From: the human T2T-CHM13v2.0 reference genome, Homo sapiens
Assembly: GCF_009914755.1 (NCBI RefSeq)
Contig: NC_060925.1
DNA: 64,000 nt
Strand: one strand, 5' to 3'
How positions within the stretch are numbered: position 1 is the stretch's first letter; the number at the start of each line of letters is the position of its first letter. The notes below the pieces were generated by a model. It was not told the DNA's origin. It worked only from the letters and a program-made list of their open reading frames with translations, and ran no database searches. A program made the translations under genes and the position numbers. This document shows, piece after piece, positions 1 to 14,600 of this stretch.

Positions 1-96
1 AACCATCATCAATTGGTATTGAATGGAATTGTCATCAAATGGAATTCAAAGGAATCATCATCAAATGGAACCGAATGGAATCCTCATTGAATGGAA

Positions 97-1032
97 ATGA
101 AAGGGGTCATCATCTAATGGAATCGCATGGAATCATCATCAAATGGAATCGAATGGAATCATCATCAAATGGAATCTAATGGAATCATTGAACAGAATTG
201 AATGGAATCGTCATCGAATGAATTGAATGCAATCATCGAATGGTCTCGAATGGAATCATCTTCTAATGGAAAGGAATGGAATCATCGCATAGAATCGAAT
301 GGAATTATCATCGAATGGAATCGAATGGTATCAACACCAAACGGAAAAATACGGAATTATCGAATGGAATCGAAGAGAATCTTCGAACGGACCCGAATGG
401 AATCATCTAATGGAATGGAATGGAATAATCCATGGACTCGAATGCAATCATCATCGAATGGAATGGAATGGAATCATCGAATGGACTCGAATGGAATAAT
501 CATTGAACGGAATCGAATGGAATCATCATCGGATGGAAACGAATGGAATCATCATCGAATGGAAATGAAAGGAGTCATCATCTAATGGAATTGCATGGAA
601 TCATCATAAAATGGAATCGAATGGAATCAACATCAAATGGAATCAAATGGAATCATTGAACGGAATTGAATGGAATCGTCATCGAATGAATTGACTGCAA
701 TCATCGAATGGTCTCGAATGGAATCATCTTCAAATGGAATGGAATGGAATCATCGCATAGAATCGAATGGAATTATCATCGAATGGAATCGAATGGAATC
801 AACATCAAACGGAAAAAAACGGAATTATCGAATGGAATCGAAGAGAATCATCGAATGGACCCGAATGGAATCATCTAATGGAATGGAATGGAATAATCCA
901 TGGACTCGAATGCAATCATCATCGAATGGAATCGAATGGAATCATCGAATGGACTCGAATGGAGTAATCATTGAACGGAATCGAATGGAATCATCATCGG
1001 ATGGAAATGAATGGAATCATCATCGAATGGAA
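97..1032 (+). repeat. Internal 468-bp direct duplication within each unit (sub-repeat A about 97-564, sub-repeat B about 565-1032)
   Basis: Paired near-identical ORFs at 202/670 and 299/767 are offset by 468. A/B diagnostic differences: AAAGGGGTC/AAAGGAGTC, AACAGAATT/AACGGAATT, TTGAATGC/TTGACTGC, TTCTAATGGAAAGG/TTCAAATGGAATGG, GGTATCAACACC/GGAATCAACATC, CTTCGAACGG/CATCGAATGG. Confidence 0.93.
177..187 (+). promoter_or_regulatory. DUX4-type binding motif TAATGGAATCA (fits TAAYBBAATCA), repeated at this position in each unit
   Basis: Exact 11-mer read at 177-187. DUX4 is known to bind HSATII and induce its transcription. Occupancy here cannot be shown from sequence. Confidence 0.5.
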
Positions 1033-1109
1033 TCGAATAGAATTATGGAATGAAATCCAGTGTGATCATCATCGAATGGACCCGAATGGAATCATCATCC
1101 AACGGAAGC

Positions 1110-1120
1110 TAATGGAATCA
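1110..1120 (+). promoter_or_regulatory. Second DUX4-type motif TAATGGAATCA per unit
   Basis: Read in AACGGAAGCTAATGGAATCAAC. Mutated to TAAGGGAATCA in the copy at 34801. Confidence 0.5.
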
Positions 1121-1555
1121 ACATCGAATGAATCGAATGGAAACACCATCGAATTGAAACGAATGGAATTATCATGAAATTGAAATGGATGGACTCATCA
1201 TCGAATGGATTCGAATGGAATCACCGAATAAAATTGATTGAAATCATCATCCAATGGAATCGAATGGTATCGTTGAATGGAAACGAATGGAATCATCATC
1301 AGATGGAAATGAATGGAATCGTCATAGAATGGAATCGAATGGATTCATTGAATGGAATCAGATGGAATCATCGAATGGACTGGAATGGAATCATTGAATG
1401 GACTCGAAAGGGATCATTATTGAATGGAATTGAATGGAATCATCGAATGGTCTCGATTGGAATCATTATCAAATGGAATCGAATGGAATCACCGAATAGA
1501 ATCGAATGGAACAATCATCGAATGGACTCAAATGGAATTATCCTCCAATGGAATC

Positions 1556-1601
1556 GAATGGAATTATCGAATGCAATCGAATGGAATTATCGAATGCAAT
1601 C
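1556..1601 (+). repeat. Perfect 23-bp tandem dimer (GAATGGAATTATCGAATGCAATC)x2 in the canonical unit; copy number varies 1-3 across units
   Basis: Copies at 1556-1578 and 1579-1601. Three copies at 8192-8260, 21487-21555, 31672-31740 and 40081-40149; one copy at 48958-48980. Confidence 0.93.
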
Positions 1602-4600
1602 GAATAGAATCATCGAATGGACTCGAATGGAATCATCGAATGGAATGGAATGGAACAGTCAATGAACTCGAATGGAATCATCATTGAATGGAATCGAATG
1701 GAATCATCGAGTGGAATCGAATGGAATTATGATCAAATGGAATCGAATGTAATCATCATCAAATGGAATCAAAAATAACCATCATCAATTGGTATTGAAT
1801 GGAATTGTCATCAAATGGAATTCAAAGGAATCATCATCAAATGGAACCGAATGGAATCCTCATTGAATGGAAATGAAAGGGGTCATCATCTAATGGAATC
1901 GCATGGAATCATCATCAAATGGAATCGAATGGAATCATCATCAAATGGAATCTAATGGAATCATTGAACAGAATTGAATGGAATCGTCATCGAATGAATT
2001 GAATGCAATCATCGAATGGTCTCGAATGGAATCATCTTCTAATGGAAAGGAATGGAATCATCGCATAGAATCGAATGGAATTATCATCGAATGGAATCAA
2101 ATGGTATCAACACCAAACGGAAAAAAACGGAATTATCGAATGGAATCGAAGAGAATCTTCGAACGGACCCAAATGGAATCATCTAATGGAATGGAATGGA
2201 ATAATCCATGGACTCGAATGCAATCATCATCGAATGGAATGGAATGGAATCATCGAATGGACTCGAATGGAATAATCATTGAACGGAATCGAATGGAATC
2301 ATCATCGGATGGAAACGAATGGAATCATCATCGAATGGAAATGAAAGGAGTCATCATCTAATGGAATTGCATGGAATCATCATAAAATGGAATCGAATGG
2401 AATCAACATCAAATGGAATCAAATGGAATCATTGAACGGAATTGAATGGAATCGTCATCGAATGAATTGACTGCAATCATCGAATGGTCTCGAATGGAAT
2501 CATCTTCAAATGGAATGGAATGGAATCATCGCATAGAATCGAATGGAATTATCATCGAATGGAATCGAATGGAATCAACATCAAACGGAAAAAAACAGAA
2601 TTATCGTGTGGAATCTAAGAGAATCATCGAATGGACCCGAATGGAATCATCTAATGGAATGGAATGGAATAATCCATGGACTCGAATGCAATCATCATCG
2701 AATGGAATCGAATGGAATCATCGAATGGACTCGAATGGAATAATCATTGAACGGAATCGAATGGAATCATCATCGGATGGAAATGAATGGAATCATCATC
2801 GAATGGAATCGAATAGAATTATGGAATGAAATCCAGTGTGATCATCATCGAATGGACCCGAATGGAATCATCATCCAACGGAAGCTAATGGAATCAACAT
2901 CGAATGAATCGAATGGAACCACCATCGAATTGAAACGAATGGAATTATCATGAAATTGAAATGGATGGACACATCATCGAATGGATTCGAATGGAATCAT
3001 CGAATAAAATTGATTGAAATCATCATCAAATGGAATCGAATGGTATCATTGAATGGAATCGAATGGAATCATCATCAGATGGAAATGAATGGAATCGTCA
3101 TAGAATGGAATCGAATGGATTCATTGAATGGAATCAGATGGAATCATCGAATGGACTGGAATGGAATCATTGAATGGACTCGAAAGGGATCATTATTGAA
3201 TGGAATTGAATGGAATCATCGAATGGTCTCGATTGGAATCATTACCAAATGGAATCGAATGGAATCACCGAATAGAATCGAATGGAACAATCATCGAATG
3301 GACTCAAATGGAATTATCCTCAAATGGAATCGAATGGAATTATCGAATGCAATCGAATGGAATTATCGAATGCAATCGAATAGAATCATCGAATGGACTC
3401 GAATGGAATCATCGAATGGAATGGAATGGAACAGTCAATGAACTCGAATGGAATCATCATTGAATGGAATCGAATGGAATCATCGAGTGGAATCGAATGG
3501 AATTATGATCAAATGGAATCGAATGTAATCATCATCAAATGGAATCAAAAATAACCATCATCAATTGGTATTGAATGGAATTGTCATCAAATGGAATTCA
3601 AAGGAATCATCATCAAATGGAACCGAATGGAATCCTCATTGAATGGAAATGAAAGGGGTCATCATCTAATGGAATCGCATGGAATCATCATCAAATGGAA
3701 TCGAATGGAATCATCATCAAATGGAATCTAATGGAATCATTGAACAGAATTGAATGGAATCGTCATCGAATGAATTGAATGCAATCATCGAATGGTCTCG
3801 AATGGAATCATCTTCTAATGGAAAGGAATGGAATCATCGCATAGAATCGAATGGAATTATCATCGAATGGAATCGAATGGTATCAACACCAAACGGAAAA
3901 AAACGGAATTATCGAATGGAATCGAAGAGAATCTTCGAACGGACCCGAATGGAATCATCTAATGGAATGGAATGGAATAATCCATGGACTCGAATGCAAT
4001 CATCATCGAATGGAATCGAATGGAGTCATCGAATGGACTCGAATGGAATAATCATTGAACGGAATCGAATGGAATCATCATCGGATGGAAACGAATGGAA
4101 TCATCATCGAATGGAAATGAAAGGAGTCATCATCTAATGGAATTGCATGGAATCATCATAAAATGGAATCGAATGGAATCAACCTCAAATGGAATCAAAT
4201 GGAATCATTGAACGGAATTGAATGGAATCGTCATCGAATGAATTGACTGCAATCATCGAATGGTCTCGAATGGAATCATCTTCAAATGGAATGGAATGGA
4301 ATCATCGCATAGAATCGAATGGAATTATCATCGAATGGAATCGAATGGAATCAACATCAAACGGAAAAAAACGGAATTATCGAATGGAATCGAAGAGAAT
4401 CATCGAATGGACCCGAATGGAATCATCTAATGGAATGGAATGGAATAATCCATAGACTCGAATGCAATCATCATCGAATGGAATCGAATGGAATCATCGA
4501 ATGGACTCGAATGGAATAATCATTGAACGGAATCGAATGGAATCATCATCGGATGGAAATGAATGGAATCATCATCGAATGGAATCGAATAGAATTATGG

Positions 4601-7305
4601 AATGAAATCCAGTGTGATCATCATCGAATGGACCCGAATGGAATCATCATCCAACGGAAGCTAATGGAATCAACATCGAATGAATCGAATGGAAACACCA
4701 TCGAATTGAAACGAATGGAATTATCATGAAATTGAAATGGATGGACTCATCATCGAATGGATTCGAATGGAATCATCGAATAAAATTGATTGAAATCATC
4801 ATCGAAAGGAATCGAATGGTATCATTGAATGGAATCGAATGGAATCATCATCAGATGGAAATGAATGGAATCGTCATAGAATGGAATCGAATGGATTCAT
4901 TGAATGGAATCAGATGGAATCATCGAATGGACTGGAATGGAATCATTGAATGGACTCGAAAGGGATCATTATTGAATGGAATTGAATGGAATCATCGAAT
5001 GGTCTCGATTGGAATCATTATCAAATGGAATCGAATGGAATCACCGAATAGAATCGAATGGAACAATCATCGAATGGACTCAAATGGAATTATCCTCCAA
5101 TGGAATCGAATGAAATTATCGAATGCAATCGAATGGAATTATCGAATGCAATCGAATAGAATCATCGAATGGACTCGAATGGAATCATCGAATGGAATGG
5201 AATGGAACAGTCAATGAACTCGAATGGAATCATCATTGAATGGAATCGAATGGAATCATCGAGTGGAATCGAATGGAATTATGATCAAATGGAATCGAAT
5301 GTAATCATCATCAAATGGAATCAAAAATAACCATCATCAATTGGTATTGAATGGAATTGTCATCAAATGGAATTCAAAGGAATCATCATCAAATGGAACC
5401 GAATGGAATCCTCATTGAATGGAAATGAAAGGGGTCATCATCTAATGGAATCGCATGGAATCATCATCAAATGGAATCGAATGGAATCATCATCAAATGG
5501 AATCTAATGGAATCATTGAACAGAATTGAATGGAATCGTCATCGAATGAATTGAATGCAATCATCGAATGGTCTCGAATGGAATCATCTTCTAATGGAAA
5601 GGAATGGAATCATCGCATAGAATCGAATGGAATTATCATCGAATGGAATCGAATGGTATCAACACCAAACGGAAAAAAACGGAATTATCGAATGGAATCG
5701 AAGAGAATCTTCGAACGGACCCGAATGGAATCATCTAATGGAATGGAATGGAATAATCCATGGACTCGAATGCAATCATCATCGAATGGAATCGAATGGA
5801 GTCATCGAATGGACTCGAATGGAATAATCATTGAACGGAATCGAATGGAAACATCATCGGATGGAAACGAATGGAATCATCATCGAATGGAAATGAAAGG
5901 AGTCATCATCTAATGGAATTGCATGGAATCATCATAAAATGGAATCGAATGGAATCAACATCAAATGGAATCAAATGGAATCATTGAACGGAATTGAATG
6001 GAATCGTCATCGAATGAATTGACTGCAATCATCGAATGTTCTCGAATGGAATCATCTTCAAATGGAATGGAATGGAATCATCGCATAGAATCGAATGGAA
6101 TTATCATCGAATGGAATCGAATGGAATCAACATCAAACGGAAAAAAACGCAATTATCGAATGGAATCGAAGAGAATCATCGAATGGACCCGAATGGAATC
6201 ATCTAATGGAATGGAATGGAATAATCCATGGACTCGAATGCAATCATCATCGAATGGAATCGAATGGAATCATCGAATGGACTCGAATGGAATAATCATT
6301 GAACGGAATCGAATGGAATCATCATCGGATGGAAATGAATGGAATCATCATCGAATGGAATCGAATAGAATTATGGAATGAAATCCAGTGTGATCATCAT
6401 CGAATGGACCCGAATGGAATCATCATCCAACGGAAGCTAATGGAATCAACATCGAATGAATCGAATGGAAACACCATCGAATTGAAACGAATGGAATTAT
6501 CATGAAATTGAAATGGATGGACTCATCATCGAATGGATTCGAATGGAATCATCGAATAAAATTGATTGAAATCATCATCGAATGGAATCGAATGGTATCA
6601 TTGAATGGAATCGAATGGAATCATCATCAGATGGAAATGAATGGAATCGTCATAGAATGGAATCGAATGGATTCATTGAATGGAATCAGATGGAATCATC
6701 GAATGGACTGGAATGGAATCATTGAATGGACTCGAAAGGGATCATGATTGAATGGAATTGAATGGAATCATCGAATGGTCTCGATTGGAATCATTATCAA
6801 ATGGAATCGAATGGAATCACCGAATAGAATCGAATGGAACAATCATCGAATGGACTCAAATGGAATTATCCTCAAATGGAATCGAATGGAATTATCGAAT
6901 GCAATCGAATGGAATTATCGAATGCAATCGAATAGAATCATCGAAAGGACTCGAATGGAATCATCGAATGGAATGGAATGGAACAGTCAATGAACTCGAA
7001 TGGAATCATCATTGAATGGAATCGAATGGAATCATCGAGTGGAATCGAATGGAATTATGATCAAATGGAATCGAATGTAATCATCATCAAATGGAATCAA
7101 AAATAACCATCATCAATTGGTATTGAATGGAATTGTCATCAAATGGAATTCAAAGGAATCATCATCAAATGGAACCGAATGGAATCCTCATTGAATGGAA
7201 ATGAAAGGGGTCATCATCTAATGGAATCGCATGGAATCATCATCAAATGGAATCGAATGGAATCATCATCAAATGGAATCTAATGGAATCATTGAACAGA
7301 ATTGA

Positions 7306-8636
7306 ATGGAATCGTCATCGAATGAATTGAATGCAATCATCGAATGGTCTCGAATGGAATCATCTTCTAATGGAAAGGAATGGAATCATCGCATAGAATC
7401 GAATGGAATTATCATCGAATGGAATCGAATGGTATCAACACCAAACGGAAAAAAACGGAATTATCGAATGGAATCGAAGAGAATCTTCGAACGGACCCGA
7501 ATGGAATCATCTAATGGAATGGAATGGAATAATCCATGGACTCGAATGCAATCACCATCGAATGGAATCGAATGGAATCATCGAATGGACTCGAATGGAA
7601 TAATCATTGAACGGAATCGAATGGAATCATCATCGGATGGAAATGAATGGAATCATCATCGAATGGAATCGAATAGAATTATGGAATGAAATCCAGTGTG
7701 ATCATCATCGAATGGACCCGAATGGAATCATCATCCAACGGAAGCTAATGGAATCAACATCGAATGAATCGAATGGAAACACCATCGAATTGAAACGAAT
7801 GGAATTATCATGAAATTGAAATGGATGGACTCATCATCGAATGGATTCGAATGGAATCATCGAATAAAATTGATTGAAATCATCATCAAATGGAATCGAA
7901 TGGTATCATTCAATGGAATCGAATGGAATCATCATCAGATGGAAATGAATGGAATCGTCATAGAATGGAATCGAATGGATTCATTGAATGGAATCAGATG
8001 GAATCATCGAATGGACTGGAATGGAATCATTGAATGGACTCGAAAGGGATCATTATTGAATGGAATTGAATGGAATCATCGAATGGTCTCGATTGGAATC
8101 ATTACCAAATGGAATCGAATGGAATCACCGAATAGAATCGAATGGAACAATCATCGAATGGACTCAAATGGAATTATCCTCCAATGGAATCGAATGGAAT
8201 TATCGAATGCAATCGAATGGAATTATCGAATGCAATCGAATGGAATTATCGAATGCAATCGAATAGAATCATCGAATGGACTCGAATGGAATCATCGAAT
8301 GGAATGGAATGGAACAGTCAATGAACTCGAATGGAATCATCATTGAATGGAATCGAATGGAATCATCGAGTGGAATCGAATGGAATTATGATCAAATGGA
8401 ATCTAATGGAATCATCATCAAATGGAATCAAAAATAACCATCATCAATTGGTATTGAATGGAATTGTCATCAAATGGAATTCAAAGGAATCATCATCAAA
8501 TGGAACCGAATGGAATCCTCATTGAATGGAAATGAAAGGGGTCATCATCTAATGGAATCGCATGGAATCATCATCAAATGGAATCGAATGGAATCATCAT
8601 CAAATGGAATCTAATGGAATCATTGAACAGAATTGA
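7306..8636 (+). repeat. 1,331-bp variant unit (A/B hybrid, -468 bp, +23 bp)
   Basis: Anchor spacing 1331. A markers are followed directly by the B exit GAATCGAATAGAATTATGG. Three 23-mers; private ATCACCATCG at 7551. Confidence 0.93.
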
Positions 8637-11600
8637 ATGGAATCGTCATCGAATGAATTGAATGCAATCATCGAATGGTCTCGAATGGAATCATCTTCTA
8701 ATGGAAAGGAATGGAATCATCGCATAGAATCGAATGGAATTATCATCGAATGGAATCGAATGGTATCAACACCAAACGGAAAAAAACGGAATTATCGAAT
8801 GGAATCGAAGAGAATCTTCGAACGGACCCGAATGGAATCATCTAATGGAATGGAATGGAATAATCCATGGACTCGAATGCAATCATCATCGAATGGAATC
8901 GAATGGAGTCATCGAATGGACTCGAATGGAATAATCATTGAACGGAATCGAATGGAAACATCATCGGATGGAAACGAATGGAATCATCATCGAATGGAAA
9001 TGAAAGGAGTCATCATCTAATGGAATTGCATGGAATCATCATAAAATGGAATCGAATGGAATCAACATCAAATGGAATCAAATGGAATCATTGAACGGAA
9101 TTGAATGGAATCGTCATCGAATGAATTGACTGCAATCATCGAATGGTCTCGAATGGAATCATCTTCAAATGGAATGGAATGGAATCATCGCATAGAATCG
9201 AATGGAATTATCATCGAATGGAATCGAATGGAATCAACATCAAACGGAAAAAAACGGAATTATCGTATGGAATCGAAGAGAATCATCGAATGGACCCGAA
9301 TGGAATCATCTAATGGAATGGAATGGAATAATCCATGGACTCGAATGCAATCATCATCGAATGGAATCGAATGGAATCATCGAATGGACTCGAATGGAAT
9401 AATCATTGAACGGAATCGAATGGAATCATCATCGGATGGAAATGAATGGAATCATCATCGAATGGAATCGAATAGAATTATGGAATGAAATCCAGTGTGA
9501 TCATCATCGAATGGACCCGAATGGAATCATCATCCAACGGAAGCTAATGGAATCAACATCGAATGAATCGAATGGAAACACCATCGAATTGAAACGAATG
9601 GAATTATCATGAAATTGAAATGGATGGACACATCATCGAATGGATTCGAATGGAATCATCGAATAAAATTGATTGAAATCATCATCAAATGGAATCGAAT
9701 GGTATCATTGAATGGAATCGAATGGAATCATCATCAGATGGAAATGAATGGAATCGTCATAGAATGGAATCGAATGGATTCATTGAATGGAATCAGATGG
9801 AATCATCGAATGGACTGGAATGGAATCATTGAATGGACTCGAAAGGGATCATTATTGAATGGAATTGAATGGAATCATCGAATGGTCTCGATTGGAATCA
9901 TTATCAAATGGAATCGAATGGAATCACCGAATAGAATCGAATGGAACAATCATCGAATGGACTCAAATGGAATTATCCTCAAATGGAATCGAATGGAATT
10001 ATCGAATGCAATCGAATGGAATTATCGAATGCAATCGAATAGAATCATCGAATGGACTCGAATGGAATCATCGAATGGAATGGAATGGAACAGTCAATGA
10101 ACTCGAATGGAATCATCATTGAATGGAATCGAATGGAATCATCGAGTGGAATCGAATGGAATTATGATCAAATGGAATCGAATGTAATCATCATCAAATG
10201 GAATCAAAAATAACCATCATCAATTGGTATTGAATGGAATTGTCATCAAATGGAATTCAAAGGAATCATCATCAAATGGAACCGAATGGAATCCTCATTG
10301 AATGGAAATGAAAGGGGTCATCATCTAATGGAATCACATGGAATCATCATCAAATGGAATCGAATGGAATCATCTTCAAATGGAATCTAATGGAATCATT
10401 GAACAGAATTGAATGGAATCGTCATCGAATGAATTGAATGCAATCATCGAATGGTCTCGAATGGAATCATCTTCTAATGGAAAGGAATGGAATCATCGCA
10501 TAGAATCGAATGGAATTATCATCGAATGGAATCGAATGGTATCAACACCAAACGGAAAAAAACGGAATTATCGAATGGAATCGAAGAGAATCTTCGAACG
10601 GACCCGAATGGAATCATCTAATGGAATGGAATGGAATAATCCATGGACTCGAATGCAATCATCATCGAATGGAATCGAATGGAATCATCGAATGGACTCG
10701 AATGGAATAATCATTGAACGGAATCGAATGGAATCATCATCGGATGGAAATGAATGGAATCATCATCGAAGGGAAATGAAAGGAGTCATCATCTAATGGA
10801 ATTGCATGGAATCATCATAAAATGGAATCGAATGGAATCAACATCAAATGGAATCAAATGGAATCATTGAACGGAATTGAATGGAATCGTCATCGAATGA
10901 ATTGACTGCAATCATCGAATGGTCTCGAATGGAATCATCTTCAAATGGAATGGAATGGAATCATCGCATAGAATCGAATGGAATTATCATCGAATGGAAT
11001 CGAATGGAATCAACATCAAACGGAAAAAAACGGAATTATCGAATGGAATCGAAGAGAATCATCGAATGGACCCGAATGGAATCATCTAATGGAATGGAAT
11101 GGAATAATCCATGGACTCGAATGCAATCATCATCGAATGGAATCGAATGGAATCATCGAATGGACTCGAATGGAATAATCATTGAACGGAATCGAATGGA
11201 ATCATCATCGGATGGAAATGAATGGAATCATCATCGAATGGAATCGAATAGAATTATGGAATGAAATCCAGTGTGATCATCATCGAATGGACCCGAATGG
11301 AATCATCATCCAACGGAAGCTAATGGAATCAACATCGAATGAATCGAATGGAAACACCATCGAATTGAAACGAATGGAATTATCATGAAATTGAAATGGA
11401 TGGACTCATCATCGAATGGATTCGAATGGAATCATCGAATAAAATTGATTGAAATCATCATCGAATGGAATCGAATGGTATCATTGAATGGAATCGAATG
11501 GAATCATCATCAGATGGAAATGAATGGAATCGTCATAGAATGGAATCGAATGGATTCATTGAATGGAATCAGATGGAATCATCGAATGGACTGGAATGGA

Positions 11601-14600
11601 ATCATTGAATGGACTCGAAAGGGATCATTATTGAATGGAATTGAATGGAATCATCGAATGGTCTCGATTGGAATCATTATCAAATGGAATCGAATGGAAT
11701 CACCGAATAGAATCGAATGGAACAATCATCGAATGGACTCAAATGGAATTATCCTCAAATGGAATCGAATGGAATTATCGAATGCAATCGAATGGAATTA
11801 TCGAATGCAATCGAATAGAATCATCGAAAGGACTCGAATGGAATCATCGAATGGAATGGAATGGAACAGTCAATGAACTCGAATGGAATCATCATTGAAT
11901 GGAATCGAATGGAATCATCGAGTGGAATCGAATGGAATTATGATCAAATGGAATCGAATGTAATCATCATCAAATGGAATCAAAAATAACCATCATCAAT
12001 TGGTATTGAATGGAATTGTCATCAAATGGAATTCAAAGGAATCATCATCAAATGGAACCGAATGGAATCCTCATTGAATGGAAATGAAAGGGGTCATCAT
12101 CTAATGGAATCGCATGGAATCATCATCAAATGGAATCGAATGGAATCATCATCAAATGGAATCTAATGGAATCATTGAACAGAATTGAATGGAATCGTCA
12201 TCGAATGAATTGAATGCAATCATCGAATGGTCTCGAATGGAATCATCTTCTAATGGAAAGGAATGGAATCATCGCATAGAATCGAATGGAATTATCATCG
12301 AATGGAATCGAATGGTATCAACACCAAACGGAAAAAAACGGAATTATCGAATGGAATCGAAGAGAATCTTCGAACGGACCCGAATGGAATCATCTAATGG
12401 AATGGAATGGAATAATCCATGGACTCGAATGCAATCATCATCGAATGGAATGGAATGGAATCATCGAATGGACTCGAATGGAATAATCATTGAACGGAAT
12501 CGAATGGAATCATCATCGGATGGAAACGAATGGAATCATCATCGAATGGAAATGAAAGGAGTCATCATCTAATGGAATTGCATGGAATCATCATAAAATG
12601 GAATCGAATGGAATCAACATCAAATGGAATCAAATGGAATCATTGAACGGAATTGAATGGAATCGTCATCGAATGAATTGACTGCAATCATCGAATGTTC
12701 TCGAATGGAATCAACTTCAAATGGAATGGAATGGAATCATCGCATAGAATCGAATGGAATTATCATCGAATGGAATCGAATGGAATCAACATCAAACGGA
12801 AAAAAACGGAATTATCGAATGGAATCGAAGAGAATCATCGAATGGACCCGAATGGAATCATCTAATGGAATGGAATGGAATAATCCATGGACTCGAATGC
12901 AATCATCATCGAATGGAATCGAATGGAATCATCGAATGGACTCGAATGGAATAATCATTGAACGGAATCGAATGGAATCATCATCGGATGGAAATGAATG
13001 GAATCATCATCGAATGGAATCGAATAGAATTATGGAATGAAATCCAGTGTGATCATCATCGAATGGACCCGAATGGAATCATCATCCAACGGAAGCTAAT
13101 GGAATCAACATCGAATGAATCGAATGGAAACACCATCGAATTGAAACGAATGGAATTATCATGAAATTGAAATGGATGGACTCATCATCGAATGGATTCG
13201 AATGGAATCATCGAATAAAATTGATTGAAATCATCATCGAATGGAATCGAATGGTATCATTGAATGGAATCGAATGGAATCATCATCAGATGGAAATGAA
13301 TGGAATCGTCATAGAATGGAATCGAATGGATTCATTGAATGGAATCAGATGGAATCATCGAATGGACTGGAATGGAATCATTGAATGGACTCGAAAGGGA
13401 TCATGATTGAATGGAATTGAATGGAATCATCGAATGGTCTCGATTGGAATCATTATCAAATGGAATCGAATGGAATCACCGAATAGAATCGAATGGAACA
13501 ATCATCGAATGGACTCAAATGGAATTATCCTCAAATGGAATCGAATGGAATTATCGAATGCAATCGAATGGAATTATCGAATGCAATCGAATAGAATCAT
13601 CGAAAGGACTCGAATGGAATCATCGATTGGAATGGAATGGAACAGTCAATGAACTCGAATGGAATCATCATTGAATGGAATCGAATGGAATCATCGAGTG
13701 GAATCGAATGGAATTATGATCAAATGGAATCGAATGTAATCATCATCAAATGGAATCAAAAATAACCATCATCAATTGGTATTGAATGGAATTGTCATCA
13801 AATGGAATTCAAAGGAATCATCATCAAATGGAACCGAATGGAATCCTCATTGAATGGAAATGAAAGGGGTCATCATCTAATGGAATCGCATGGAATCATC
13901 ATCAAATGGAATCGAATGGAATCATCATCAAATGGAATCTAATGGAATCATTGAACAGAATTGAATGGAATCGTCATCGAATGAATTGAATGCAATCATC
14001 GAATGGTCTCGAATGGAATCATCTTCTAATGGAAAGGAATGGAATCATCGCATAGAATCGAATGGAATTATCATCGAATGGAATCGAATGGTATCAACAC
14101 CAAACGGAAAAAAACGGAATTATCGAATGGAATCGAAGAGAATCTTCGAACGGACCCGAATGGAATCATCTAATGGAATGGAATGGAATAATCCATGGAC
14201 TCGAATGCAATCATCATCGAATGGAATGGAATGGAATCATCGAATGGACTCGAATGGAATAATCATTGAACGGAATCGAATGGAATCATCATCGGATGGA
14301 AACGAATGGAATCATCATCGAATGGAAATGAAAGGAGTCATCATCTAATGGAATTGCATGGAATCATCATAAAATGGAATCGAATGGAATCAACATCAAA
14401 TGGAATCAAATGGAATCATTGAACGGAATTGAATGGAATCGTCATCGAATGAATTGACTGCAATCATCGAATGTTCTCGAATGGAATCAACTTCAAATGG
14501 AATGGAATGGAATCATCGCATAGAATCGAATGGAATTATCATCGAATGGAATCGAATGGAATCAACATCAAACGGAAAAAAACGGAATTATCGAATGGAA

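Larger units (their letters stand above)
42..1817 (+). repeat. Representative canonical 1,776-bp unit (EcoRI to EcoRI); 28 of 37 complete units have exactly this length
   Basis: GAATTC at 42-47 and 1818-1823. Anchor starts: 202, 1978, 3754, 5530, 7306, 8637, 10413, 12189, 13965, 15741, 17049, 18825, 20601, 21932, 23708, 25458, 27234, 29010, 30786, 32117, 33893, 35643, 37419, 39195, 40526, 42302, 44052, 45828, 47604, 49357, 51133, 52909, 54685, 56461, 58237, 60013, 61789, 63565 (units 1-38, the last partial). Confidence 0.96.

Noticed and set aside
408-427. (GGAAT)3 tracts as TEAD/M-CAT or heat-shock elements
   Set aside because: GGAATG is intrinsic to the satellite, and the nGAAn units are direct rather than inverted. 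Function cannot be supported from sequence alone.
97-564. 468 = 18 x 26 suggesting a pure 26-mer sub-array
   Set aside because: The sub-repeat visibly mixes 23-mers, 26-mers and irregular pieces, so the arithmetic match is probably coincidental.
1226-1246. AATAAA poly(A)-like signal followed by the short inverted repeat TGATT-GA-AATCA once per unit
   Set aside because: Expected by chance from degenerate GAATGG monomers in A-rich sequence. No GU-rich downstream element, and the 5-bp stem is too weak to call.
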